Positions 1 to 8,624 of a stretch of 35,285 nt of DNA are shown piece by piece. Location of the stretch: positions 209,787 through 245,071 of the forward strand of contig NW_014040556.1 of NCBI RefSeq assembly GCF_001186125.1. The letters are read 5' to 3'. The DNA is from Sphaeroforma arctica JP610. Lineage: Eukaryota. The notes below the pieces were generated by a model, which did no database searches, was not told the DNA's origin, and saw only the letters and a list, made by a program, of their open reading frames with translations. Within the stretch, counting starts at the first letter, position 1. Each line of letters begins with the position of its first letter. The position numbers and the translations under genes are program-made.

Positions 1-2
1 CG

Positions 3-800
3 TCTGCAATAGGTATCGGGAGGGACTCGTCGAAATATTTATCTGGTTCCGGATCGGTGGCAATAGGTACATCGGCAATGCAGGGGGGCAGTAGTGAATT
101 AACTGGTGGTTTCGCCAGTATAGCATTGGGGTTTGCCGCATGTAGCGATGGGGTTCAAGAATACTGTACATCATTGGGGGCTCATTCCATGTCGTCAAAC
201 GCAACAGACCGAACGGATGTACTGGCAATCGGAGTATATGCTTGTAATTCTGTATCGTCAAACAATACGATCGTACTCAACGGGACTGGTGCGGGGTTGG
301 GAAACGCGGTACCCGATTCGTTTGTGGTCAAACCGATCCGGAATGCGGCCGGCCCCAATGAGCTGACATATAATCCTGTGACGGGGGAGATTACGTATGC
401 GACGTCAAGTCTGGAGACTAAGGAAAACATTAAAGTATTCGATAGGGAAACTGGGGATATACTCGAGCAGTTGGTGGTCAAGGAATTCAACTTTAAAAAT
501 AAGAACAAGTATATCCACTATGACCCGGTGGACCCCGCCACCATTCTAACGGTTGCCGAGTGGGACGAAATCGGGGACGAAGTTATCGACAAGGGTGAGA
601 CGCAGTTTGGATTTGTTGCGGATGAGGTACAGGAAATCATACCAGAACTCGTATACGCCGATCCAAGCGGCGCGGCACAGAACATTAAGTGGAACAGTGT
701 GACGGCGATGCTGGTAAAACAGAACCAGGCGCTCACATCCAGAATTGCAGCTCTCAGTGCCCGATTCACGACCCTCTCAAATTTAGGGTTTGGCAGTTAG
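3..800 (+). CDS. Fibre/adhesin-like protein with C-terminal intramolecular chaperone (peptidase S74-like); 5' partial
   Basis: The frame is open from the window edge. It has small-residue (S/V)(V/I)A(I/L)G head repeats, then S-S-x-x-x-K-E-N-I, FGFVADEVQEIIPELV and a terminal coiled coil (LTSRIAAL), which is the standard auto-cleaving chaperone layout. Confidence 0.85.
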   Translation, partial: SAIGIGRDSSKYLSGSGSVAIGTSAMQGGSSELTGGFASIALGFAACSDGVQEYCTSLGAHSMSSNATDRTDVLAIGVYACNSVSSNNTIVLNGTGAGLGNAVPDSFVVKPIRNAAGPNELTYNPVTGEITYATSSLETKENIKVFDRETGDILEQLVVKEFNFKNKNKYIHYDPVDPATILTVAEWDEIGDEVIDKGETQFGFVADEVQEIIPELVYADPSGAAQNIKWNSVTAMLVKQNQALTSRIAALSARFTTLSNLGFGS

Positions 801-823
801 AGTCCCTCGCCTGCTTCGCGGGA

Positions 824-1017
824 TTACAAGGTTCAAAGTTCAAAGTTCAAAGTACAAGGTTCAAGGTTCAAAGTTCAAGGTTCAAGGTTCAAAGTTCAAA
901 GTTCAAAGTACAAGGTTCAAGGTTCAAAGTTCAAGGTTCAAGGTTCAAAGTTCAAAGTTCAAAATGCAAAGTTCAAAATGCAAAGGTCAAAGTGCAAAGG
1001 TCAAAGTGCAAAGTTCA
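824..1017 (+). repeat. 7-bp tandem array, consensus RGTTCAA
   Basis: Directly visible run of ggttcaa/agttcaa/agtacaa/agtgcaa units. Confidence 0.95.
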
Positions 1018-1019
1018 AT

Positions 1020-1132
1020 AAGTGCTTGGGATTGTCCGAGGTGTCTCGCGGGCGTTTTATGAAAACCTCTTATTAAATCACCCTTTATTCAATTTTGCCC
1101 TGTCAATAAAAATTAAAAAAATCACGGCCCCT
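1020..1132 (+). repeat. 113-bp direct repeat, copy 1 (copy 2 at 2341-2453); orphan 3' end of the LRR gene plus downstream intergenic DNA
   Basis: aagtgcttggga...gaggtgtctcgcgggcgttttatgaaaa...tcacggcccct aligns without gaps to 2341-2453. Confidence 0.95.
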
Positions 1133-1392
1133 CGCAGTAAACTTGTGACTTGTAAAGTTACGATAACACTACTACTTATACTCGATTTACAAATCCAAAT
1201 TGGATTTGCAAATGGACGACCAATCGATCAATCGTGTCCTATGGACCTTTAGGGTATGTGGGGTGTTCATTAGACAGCGTCGTCTCGTCAAAGTCCCAGA
1301 GAAAACCCCCATCTCGTTACTATATAAGTTGACTTTTTTTATATATATACCTCATATTTACACATCAAGCTTCAACTACAACATTGGATACA

Positions 1393-2397
1393 ATGCTCAC
1401 CCTCCCCCGTATCTCCATCGACGTATGGTGTGGTATCCTTCCGTATCTGGAAATGAAGGATGTTTGTGAGCTGACCAGGGTCAACAAGCACCTCGCAGCA
1501 CTCAAACTTCCGGTTTTACATCTGGGGTACCGGACAGTGAACTGGCGTGCTGTATCTCGCACACCAGAGGTGTTTCCCTTTATACGATCGTTGAGATATT
1601 CCGGCAACGATTTCAAGGTGTTGGCCGAGTGTGCTGGGCTAGTTAAGCTGCGGGCTGAAACACGCACGGGTTTCGTAGATGTTGGTGAGCTGGCCGGAAC
1701 GAAGCTAAAGAGCCTTACTTTATGTGGAAACGTCTCTGGTATTGGCGGGTTGGCACACTTGACGGAGATAGACTTGGGCGGGACTATGGTCGTCGATGTT
1801 GGTGCGCTTGGAGAGTGTTTGAACCTAACGACTGTGGACTTGCGCGAGACTGATGTCAAAAACATTAGTGCCCTCAAAACCTGTTTGAAATTGACACGTG
1901 TGGACGTTTGCGATACTGCCGTGGAAGACATTGGTGCACTCAGTGGCTGTCTGGAACTAAGGGAGGCCTACTTTAGCAACACTAGGGTCAGCAACATTCG
2001 TGCACTCGAGAATTGTTTGGAGCTGACGGATGTTTACTTTCGTGGCACTAAGGTTTCCGATATTAGCCCGCTAGGGAACTGTTCCAAATTAACAAGAGTG
2101 GATTTGGGCGAGACTATCGTTGAAGACCTTAGTGCTCTTGGAAGGTGTCGGGAGCTGACGGTTCTTTTCTTTAATAGCACCAACGTTTGTGATATCAGCC
2201 CGCTGGGGAAATGTTTGGAATTGTATATAGTCGGGTTGTGTGGTACTAGAGTTCAAGACATTAGCGCGCTAAGGACCTGTTCTAAAATGTTTAGAGTGAA
2301 CTTACTCGAGACTAGCGTTGAAGACACTAGTGTACTGAAGAAGTGCTTGGGAATGACAGAGGTGTCTCGCGGGCGTTTTATGAAAATCTCTTATTAA
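1393..2397 (+). CDS. F-box-like + leucine-rich repeat protein
   Basis: N-terminal LPRISIDVWCGILPYLEMKDVCELTRVNK is F-box-like. It is followed by about 9 LRRs of 22 aa (LxxVDLxxTxVxDIxxLxxC). ATG at 1393. Confidence 0.85.
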   Translation: MLTLPRISIDVWCGILPYLEMKDVCELTRVNKHLAALKLPVLHLGYRTVNWRAVSRTPEVFPFIRSLRYSGNDFKVLAECAGLVKLRAETRTGFVDVGELAGTKLKSLTLCGNVSGIGGLAHLTEIDLGGTMVVDVGALGECLNLTTVDLRETDVKNISALKTCLKLTRVDVCDTAVEDIGALSGCLELREAYFSNTRVSNIRALENCLELTDVYFRGTKVSDISPLGNCSKLTRVDLGETIVEDLSALGRCRELTVLFFNSTNVCDISPLGKCLELYIVGLCGTRVQDISALRTCSKMFRVNLLETSVEDTSVLKKCLGMTEVSRGRFMKISY

Positions 2398-2453
2398 ATC
2401 ACCCTATATTCAATTTTGCTTTGTCAATAAAAATTAAATAAATCACGGCCCCT

Positions 2454-2492
2454 AAGTACAAAGTACAAAGTACAAGGTCAAAGTGCAAAGTT
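2454..2492 (+). repeat. Short copy of the 7-bp array (aagtaca/aggtca/aagtgca)
   Basis: Uses the same units as 824-1017. Confidence 0.85.
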
Positions 2493-2499
2493 AAAAAGT

Positions 2500-2747
2500 T
2501 TATTGTGCGCACACTGGTGACCCAAACAGGTCCAACAGGTCCTTGGACATAGTCAGCCCACAGTGGTGTCTCACGACGTCAACCAGCGGCACGGTATCCA
2601 CACCCACCCCCAGTCGCCCCCGGGGCAGGTCTCCGAGATAGCACCGGGGCCCAGCTGCACAAGCTGGCTGTAGAGTACGGGCGAGCTCAGGGCCACAGCG
2701 CTGTCTGGGCTACACTCGCCGGTGGAACAGTGCACGGTGATTTGCAT
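2500..2747 (-). pseudogene. Small frameshifted ORF, possibly Skp1/BTB-like fragment
   Basis: MQITVHCSTGEC..AVALSSPVL weakly resembles a Skp1/POZ N-terminus. A one-base shift in the G runs near 2605-2625 continues as LGVGVDTVPLVDVVRHHCG...AQ* to TAA at 2500-2502. Confidence 0.35.
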
Positions 2748-2799
2748 ATTGAACAATGTATATGTTACAATGTGTGGAACTGAATACATGTATAAAAAT

Positions 2800-2801
<2 letters not shown>

Positions 2802-2830
<29 letters not shown>
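2802..2830. repeat. (TA)n microsatellite, ~14 units
   Basis: Directly visible. Confidence 0.95.
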
Positions 2831-2833
<3 letters not shown>

Positions 2834-2839
2834 ATTTTT

Positions 2840-3796
2840 TCACGGCCCCTCGCAGTTTGTGTATTTCACCTGCGTAGCGGGATCGCATAGCTTGTGGATG
2901 CCGCCGCCGAGCTTGCAGTTTGTAAACTCGAACGTCGCGACGCCGTTGCATGGCCCCTGGTACGCGCCCCCGTAGATCAGGTTGGTGCCCTTGAGCTCGC
3001 AGTTCGTGGCTTTGTACGTCTGCGGCTCCACACCCACCCTAAACGTCTGGTAGTTGTCAAACATCCGAGTGTCAACTAGGTTTATCGTGCCCCCGAACGA
3101 GTTGCCTGCCTGTATGCTTTTGTCGTTGGCCTTGGTCATCGAACACCCGATCAGGTTCAGCGTGCCGTCCTTGGCGTTCTCGCGGAAGGAGCACGCGTCC
3201 TCACCGATATCCAGCCACGTCACATTCTCAAGCGTCCATACGTCGTCCTTGGAGGCCGTGTCGCTGACAAACCAGATCCCGTCCAGCCCGTTGCTCGACA
3301 GGATCACGTTTTTTATCGTGCCCCCGGGGTACAGCTTAAAGTACGGCTTCTGGTCCTCCGTCTGGCTGCCGTCGCCCATCGAGCTCGCCGGTACTATGGT
3401 CTGGCATTTCCCGTCGTACGTCTGCCCGCTTTCCACGACTATCGTGTCGCTAATGTTGACGGTGCCGCTGCTGGTGCACAGTTTGACGGACGGGCTGACG
3501 CCAATGTGCTGTGTGCTGCCACTGCCGCCGCCCCCCGTGTCACTGCTGTCGGCCCCTGTGCCACTATCGTCGCCGCTGCTGCCGCTCCCCGTGTCACCAC
3601 CACTCCCCGCGCCGCCCACCACGCTTGCGCTGACCGCCGTGCCACCCACCACGCTCGCATTGGCTGCAGGGGCAACCGCGCCGCCAGCTGCAGTATCACC
3701 ATCGTCGGCCGGCTTTCGATTGTAGAGAATTACACCTACAACAATGCCCCCCGCGACCAGGATAAAGATGGTGAGCACGACAATAACAATAACCAT
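2840..3796 (-). CDS. Membrane-anchored pectate lyase, family PL3
   Basis: N-terminal TM helix, then a G/S/A linker. The catalytic region TIVVESGQTYDGK..MGDGSQTEDQKPYFKL..GTIKNVIL..DG..LENVTWLDIGEDA..ANDKSIQ matches the Bacillus Pel-15/PelC-type PL3 pattern. Confidence 0.9.
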   Translation of the reverse strand: MVIVIVVLTIFILVAGGIVVGVILYNRKPADDGDTAAGGAVAPAANASVVGGTAVSASVVGGAGSGGDTGSGSSGDDSGTGADSSDTGGGGSGSTQHIGVSPSVKLCTSSGTVNISDTIVVESGQTYDGKCQTIVPASSMGDGSQTEDQKPYFKLYPGGTIKNVILSSNGLDGIWFVSDTASKDDVWTLENVTWLDIGEDACSFRENAKDGTLNLIGCSMTKANDKSIQAGNSFGGTINLVDTRMFDNYQTFRVGVEPQTYKATNCELKGTNLIYGGAYQGPCNGVATFEFTNCKLGGGIHKLCDPATQVKYTNCEGP

Positions 3797-3902
3797 TTAT
3801 ATATTTTTATATATAAATAAATAAACAAAATCCCTAGTCTCCCTTGTACATTGCAACTGGCATCTCGTACGTTCTAGCAATCGATTTATCAATGTCGTTT
3901 GC

Positions 3903-4850
3903 TCATGTCATATCGGGCAGCAGATCATAAAATTTGATTGTTCGCGGTAGTCCCACCGGCAATTCCGGTACAACGTCGCTCAGGTAGGTCACAACTACCT
4001 TCCCCAGCGCAGCAAGGTTCGTCACACTCTCAGGGTGAAATGTTTCCAGCACCTCTATGCCCTCGGGCAGCGTAATTGGAACGTTTCCATCGTTCCACAG
4101 ATACAGCACCCTGAGCGCCTTGAAGCGCGGCAGCAGATGGAGAGAGTCTACACTTGGCGCCTGTCGCAGATTCAACACCGCGATAGTGTCTTTCGCTGGT
4201 AGTAGCCACGCTAAGTCTATCTGGTCCGAAAACTCCACCACCAAGGGTTTCTTCTTGATGCCTCTCATCAACGCTCTCTTATGTGTATTTGACCCCATAA
4301 TGAACCTGCTCGACTTTTGGTACTTGCACTTGCGACCCACGCACGTGCTCACGGCGTACACGGTCATTGTCGACCCCGCATTGCAATGATTGGCGCCCAC
4401 CATATTGTACTGAGCCGTATCAGAAAACGTTTTCGGCAGCACCCGCTCCTGCTTCAGGTGAAAGATGCGTCTGCCCTCGGAATAAAACATTCGCTTCATT
4501 TCATGGAAATCAGTCAAGTGGATGAGACCCACCCCGCCACCAATGTAGATCTTGACGAGGTCCATGTCCCGCGTGTCTGGTGTACATCCGTGGTACAGTT
4601 CTCTCCCCTGATGTACAAAGAACTCCTTGGCGGGAAAACAAAAGACATGGCCTGTTGCCGCAACAATGACTAACTTGCTAGGATCGTTTACATCTTCGTC
4701 ATCCTCCAAGGTGGCAAAGTCCTGGCACGTGGCAAGCACGGTTTCATCGAATGCCTTGCGTTTCATTTTCGTTTTTGGTGTTTCAAGAAAAAGGGGTTTA
4801 AAACAGCCGTTTTGGCCTGATTTGTCTGTTTGTCCAGACTCAGTTGACAT
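3903..4850 (-). CDS. Hypothetical protein, Cys/His-containing N-terminal domain plus short LRR-like C-terminus
   Basis: 315-aa ATG ORF with GHVFCF and GANHCNAGS motifs; C-terminal LxxLxLxx pattern (FKALRVLYLW). Confidence 0.65.
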   Translation of the reverse strand: MSTESGQTDKSGQNGCFKPLFLETPKTKMKRKAFDETVLATCQDFATLEDDEDVNDPSKLVIVAATGHVFCFPAKEFFVHQGRELYHGCTPDTRDMDLVKIYIGGGVGLIHLTDFHEMKRMFYSEGRRIFHLKQERVLPKTFSDTAQYNMVGANHCNAGSTMTVYAVSTCVGRKCKYQKSSRFIMGSNTHKRALMRGIKKKPLVVEFSDQIDLAWLLPAKDTIAVLNLRQAPSVDSLHLLPRFKALRVLYLWNDGNVPITLPEGIEVLETFHPESVTNLAALGKVVVTYLSDVVPELPVGLPRTIKFYDLLPDMT

Positions 4851-4886
4851 GTGTTTCGAGGATGGACCAGTCTACAAAAATCAAAG

Positions 4887-5183
4887 CTAACAGTCGCACG
4901 CCACGTCACCAGCCACGGTCCCGCCAGCTGAGCTTGCGGGACTGACACCGCCGCCAGCTGAGCTTGCGGGACTGACACCGCCACCAGCTGAGCTTGCTGG
5001 AACTACGGAGCCCACAGGCCCACCCACGGACCCACCAGGCGAGCTTGCTGGAACTACCGCACCGCCAGCTGGGCTTGCGGGACTCGCATCGTCTTCGGGC
5101 TTTCGGGTGTAGACAATCACGCCGACGACGATGCCTACGGCGACCAGGGCAAAGAGTATGAGAACAACAATGACAATAATCAT
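4887..5183 (-). CDS. Small membrane protein (anchor + linker only), paralogous to the pectate lyase N-terminus
   Basis: MIIVIVVL...GIVVGVIVYTRKPEDD versus MVIVIVVL...GIVVGVILYNRKPADD. Contains 30-bp repeats (GGVSPASSAG) and ends ACDC. Confidence 0.8.
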   Translation of the reverse strand: MIIVIVVLILFALVAVGIVVGVIVYTRKPEDDASPASPAGGAVVPASSPGGSVGGPVGSVVPASSAGGGVSPASSAGGGVSPASSAGGTVAGDVACDC

Positions 5184-5280
5184 TTTAGTGCAAGATATAT
5201 ATAAATATTAACATTGGTACAATGATCCAGCACCGATCCATGGGGGTGCACATGCACATAGGCGCCTTTGTCATCTATTA

Positions 5281-5484
5281 TTATTCACATTCACATTCCT
5301 CCTCACCACCAACTGCTGTACCACCACTAGCAGTACCACCAACGACTGTGCCACCAGCGGTACTTTGAACTGCTGGAACGTCGTCGGACTTTCCAGTATA
5401 GACAATCACAACAATAACCACTGCAACAACAGCGATCAGGAGCACTATCCCCAGTATGATGAATACGATTGTTGAGGTCTCCAT
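5281..5484 (-). CDS. Small membrane protein (anchor + linker only)
   Basis: Single TM ending VIVYTGKSDD, GGT(V/A) repeats, ends ECECE. AT-rich upstream region. Confidence 0.75.
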   Translation of the reverse strand: METSTIVFIILGIVLLIAVVAVVIVVIVYTGKSDDVPAVQSTAGGTVVGGTASGGTAVGGEEECECE

Positions 5485-5527
5485 GTTTATTTTAATTGTT
5501 TATTTATTCATGTACATACTTTTCCGT

Positions 5528-6577
5528 CTAAAACGCTGTCCCGGCAAGGTACGACTCGGGCCCAAAGTCGGGGACAGTGACCGCCGGCTCGCCGTGCGCC
5601 GTGTTGCTGGCCTCCGAGTACTGCCGCGCCCGGTATCGCAGCACGTCTCGGCTCTTGTCCAGCTGCTCTATGCGCTCTACGCGCCACACGTAGCCCGGCG
5701 TGGGCTCGTGCAGCTTGGCCACGGCCTCCGGCGTCAGCTTGCAGAAGTACATGGCTTTCTGCTCCGCGGTCCGCAGCGTCTTGGGGACCGGTCGGAAGCG
5801 CGGCGCGCGCACCTTGCCACCCCCAGCGGCCTTCTTGGCCAACGGGGCTGCGGTCGGCAGCGCGGCGTCGTACAGGCTAAACTGCAGAGCCGCCGCCGTG
5901 GCAATGCTGGGCCACACCGCATCGCCGTACAGGTGGAGCAGAGAGTGCATGTGGACCTTGAACCGCTGGCTGGCGTCGCTCGTCTTGGACACCACCATGT
6001 AGTTTGTAGGGTTGGGGCCCGCATCAACGCGGACCTCGGTGCCCCACATGACAACCGTCTTGCCAATCAGGGACGACGCCGGCATGCGGGAGACGTCCGT
6101 GCCCAGGCTGCACGGCGTGCTCATGACCGTTTCCTGCTCGTGCGCGCCGGTCAGAGTGGCCAGACCGTCGTAGTCCACGGGGTCGCAGGTGTGGCTGCCA
6201 CTAGTGAGCGGCGTGAGCTCCATCGTGCAACGCCCACAGACATGGGACGCGGCCTTTAGCAGCCTCTTGGCCATGGGGGAGTTGAATATCGGCGCCTCGC
6301 CTTCAGGGCACTTTGTGCAACACAGCACCTTTGTCGCGCAGCTGCGGCAGATGTTGGTGAGACAGCAGTTCGAGTACCCGATGTCCGCGGTAACGGCGGC
6401 GCACGTGTCGCAGGTAAAGAGTGCCCGGAAGGCATCGACAGAGATGGAAACCTCGGGTGAAATGAGCGCCTCGTCCAGGTCAAACGGCTGTGCATTTGGT
6501 AGCTCTTCTACATGAGAATTTGCTAGAGTAGCCACAGGAGAGGTTTGGGGGGCAGCGGAGGGTACTGGAGAAGCCAT
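5528..6577 (-). CDS. RING-like zinc-finger protein (putative E3 ligase)
   Basis: CDTC..CC...CRSC..CTKC followed by a TRAF-like CGRC...H..C finger; GC3-rich codons. Confidence 0.65.
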   Translation of the reverse strand: MASPVPSAAPQTSPVATLANSHVEELPNAQPFDLDEALISPEVSISVDAFRALFTCDTCAAVTADIGYSNCCLTNICRSCATKVLCCTKCPEGEAPIFNSPMAKRLLKAASHVCGRCTMELTPLTSGSHTCDPVDYDGLATLTGAHEQETVMSTPCSLGTDVSRMPASSLIGKTVVMWGTEVRVDAGPNPTNYMVVSKTSDASQRFKVHMHSLLHLYGDAVWPSIATAAALQFSLYDAALPTAAPLAKKAAGGGKVRAPRFRPVPKTLRTAEQKAMYFCKLTPEAVAKLHEPTPGYVWRVERIEQLDKSRDVLRYRARQYSEASNTAHGEPAVTVPDFGPESYLAGTAF

Positions 6578-6716
6578 TGTCTTGTTTGTGTTGTCGTTGT
6601 CGATGTTGTTGTTGTTGTTGCGTTGTGTGACTAGGACATGGCGAGGCGTGGCGCTTTATAGGCGTTTTGCCCACGGCCATACCCTGGAATATGGACCCTC
6701 CACCAATCAGCACTGC

Positions 6717-7172
6717 TCAGTCAGACCACACCCCAATGGCGATGGCGATGGCCGCCATCATCACAAACGCCACGACCACCACCACCAGGGTCGCGGTCTC
6801 GATGTCGGGGTTAAGAACATCGGCCAGCAGGTGGTCTGCAAGCATGAGCTTGCCCTCCAGCTGATTGTTTGCGAGCACATCGTGCATCTCCGTGTACCAG
6901 TCGCAGTACGGGGTCAGGCTCGCGGACTCGACGGCTATGTGTACAAATTCGATAAAGCGTGCCAGGTTCACAAACACGTCGCCGTCGTGCACCAGCAGCT
7001 TGCCGGCACCAAGGTCGGCGGAGGCGGAGGCGCACCCCGCCACGATGGGGGGTTCAATCTCAAAGTCGGACACGCGAAAGTACGTGCCGTCCATCGTGCT
7101 GTCGCCAATAGTATGGATGTAGATTGTCACATCCTCAGCAGTCACAAACGGCACTAGCCCCAGCTCCTCCAT
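6717..7172 (-). CDS. Hypothetical acidic protein with C-terminal TM helix
   Basis: ATG at 7172 after an A-run; C-terminal LVVVVVAFVMMAAIAIAIGVW. Confidence 0.7.
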   Translation of the reverse strand: MEELGLVPFVTAEDVTIYIHTIGDSTMDGTYFRVSDFEIEPPIVAGCASASADLGAGKLLVHDGDVFVNLARFIEFVHIAVESASLTPYCDWYTEMHDVLANNQLEGKLMLADHLLADVLNPDIETATLVVVVVAFVMMAAIAIAIGVWSD

Positions 7173-7185
7173 TTTTGCTTTGCTC

Positions 7186-7545
7186 AAATTTCAAATTTCA
7201 AAACCCACGCTTCAAAACCCTGACCCAAAAACTAGATTTCAAAATTCAATTTTCAAAAACCTGGCTCAAAAAACTAGAGATTAAAAATCAAATTTCAAAA
7301 TTCATTTTTCAAAAACCTGGCTCAAAAAACTAGAGATTAAAAATCAAATTTCAAAATTCATTTTTCAAAAACCTGGCTCAAAAAACTAGAGATTAAAAAT
7401 CAAATTTCAAAATTCAATTTTTCAAAAACCTGGCCCAAAAACCCGGCTCAAAAAACTAGAGATTAAAAATCAAATTTTAAAATTCAAATTCCAGAAATAT
7501 GGCCCAGCAAAAAATCAATTTTTAAAATTTAATTTTCAAAATCCA
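7186..7545 (+). repeat. AT-rich intergenic array, 56-bp higher-order unit
   Basis: ctggctcaaaaaactagagattaaaaatcaaatttcaaaattcatttttcaaaaac recurs at 7261, 7317 and 7373, with degenerate flanks. Confidence 0.95.
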
Positions 7546-7567
7546 CTAAAAAACCCTGGCCTAAAAC

Positions 7568-8290
7568 TCATGCTCGTTTGACCCTCTTGCGTGCCGGTGT
7601 CGTCATGGCGAGCTCAATGAGCTGCGCCTGTGACGCGGCGAGCTGTGCCTGTAACGCGGCGAGCTGTGTCTGCAACGCGGCGAGCTGTGCCTGTGACGCA
7701 GCGAGAGCCTCCTCGGTGGCCTTACGAGCCTCCTCGGCGGCCTTACGAGCCTCCTCGGCGGCCTTGAGGGCCGCCCGGAGTCCTTCCATCTCGCGCGCGG
7801 TCGCCTCGGCGAGCTGACGGGCGCGCCTTGCATCGAAGGCCCTCGCCTCATCGTGGGCCTTGCTGGCGGCGGCGGCTTCGCGCTTCACGCGTTCGAGCTC
7901 GGCAGCGAGTTCCGAGAGGCGGCAAGCACCAACCGAGTGTGTGGTAATGTTGTTCATGACCCGCTGGATGTACGTGGTCTTTCGTCCACACTCGGAGGAC
8001 ACGAGACACATTATCAATCCCGCTGTATCGAGGTAGACGGCCCAGGCATCGGCGATTTTGATTTTCACCCTGTGTTCGTGCGGGATCGAATCGTAGACGC
8101 TCTCTGGACTTTCCACACCCACCAGGTCTGCGATATCCCTGGCGCTGAAGAACGTCCCCGTCACTGACCGATCGCCCACAACGTGGATGGACGAGAGCCC
8201 CATGTCGCTGTTCGCTGTGTCAATATGTTCTGGGCACGTATCGATCATGCGCCAGTCGCTTGTGGCATCGGTGGTAGTGGGGGCTGTCAT
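7568..8290 (-). CDS. Bro-N domain protein with coiled-coil tail and basic C-terminus
   Basis: IHVVG..FFSARDIADLVG..P..V....YLDTAGLIMCLVSS matches the Bro-N pattern. Heptad repeats KAAEEAR and QAQLAAL; NLS-like PARKRVKR. ATG at 8290. Confidence 0.75.
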   Translation of the reverse strand: MTAPTTTDATSDWRMIDTCPEHIDTANSDMGLSSIHVVGDRSVTGTFFSARDIADLVGVESPESVYDSIPHEHRVKIKIADAWAVYLDTAGLIMCLVSSECGRKTTYIQRVMNNITTHSVGACRLSELAAELERVKREAAAASKAHDEARAFDARRARQLAEATAREMEGLRAALKAAEEARKAAEEARKATEEALAASQAQLAALQTQLAALQAQLAASQAQLIELAMTTPARKRVKRA

Positions 8291-8548
8291 TGTGCAATGT
8301 TTGTTTGTAAAATAATACTTGCAATTCCGAAAGACGATTTCGTTTTTTTTTTTCATCGTAGGGGGTGTTTTCAAACACGGGTATTGCAAAACAGTAAGTT
8401 GGGCCAATGCGCATGTCGCCGAGACGCTCATAGTACACTGGCCCTTTACTTTGCGCTTGAGAAGGCCGTGTGGAGCTGAGCGAGACGGGATTTGTGTGAC
8501 ACGGAATAAAAAAAAAAGTCTATGTACAAGTTTTATTTACAATATCTC

Positions 8549-8604
8549 CTATACAATATTCTATATACAATGTTCCTATATACAATGTTCTATATACAAT
8601 TTTC
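8549..8604. repeat. ~14-15-bp tandem repeat (ctatatacaatgtt) x4
   Basis: Directly visible between the ZF gene stop and the Bro gene start. Confidence 0.8.
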
Positions 8605-8624
8605 GTATGTATGTACACGTCTGA

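Noticed and set aside
689..1062. ORFs encoding KVQSSRF repeats
   Set aside because: Translation by-product of a stop-free 7-bp array.
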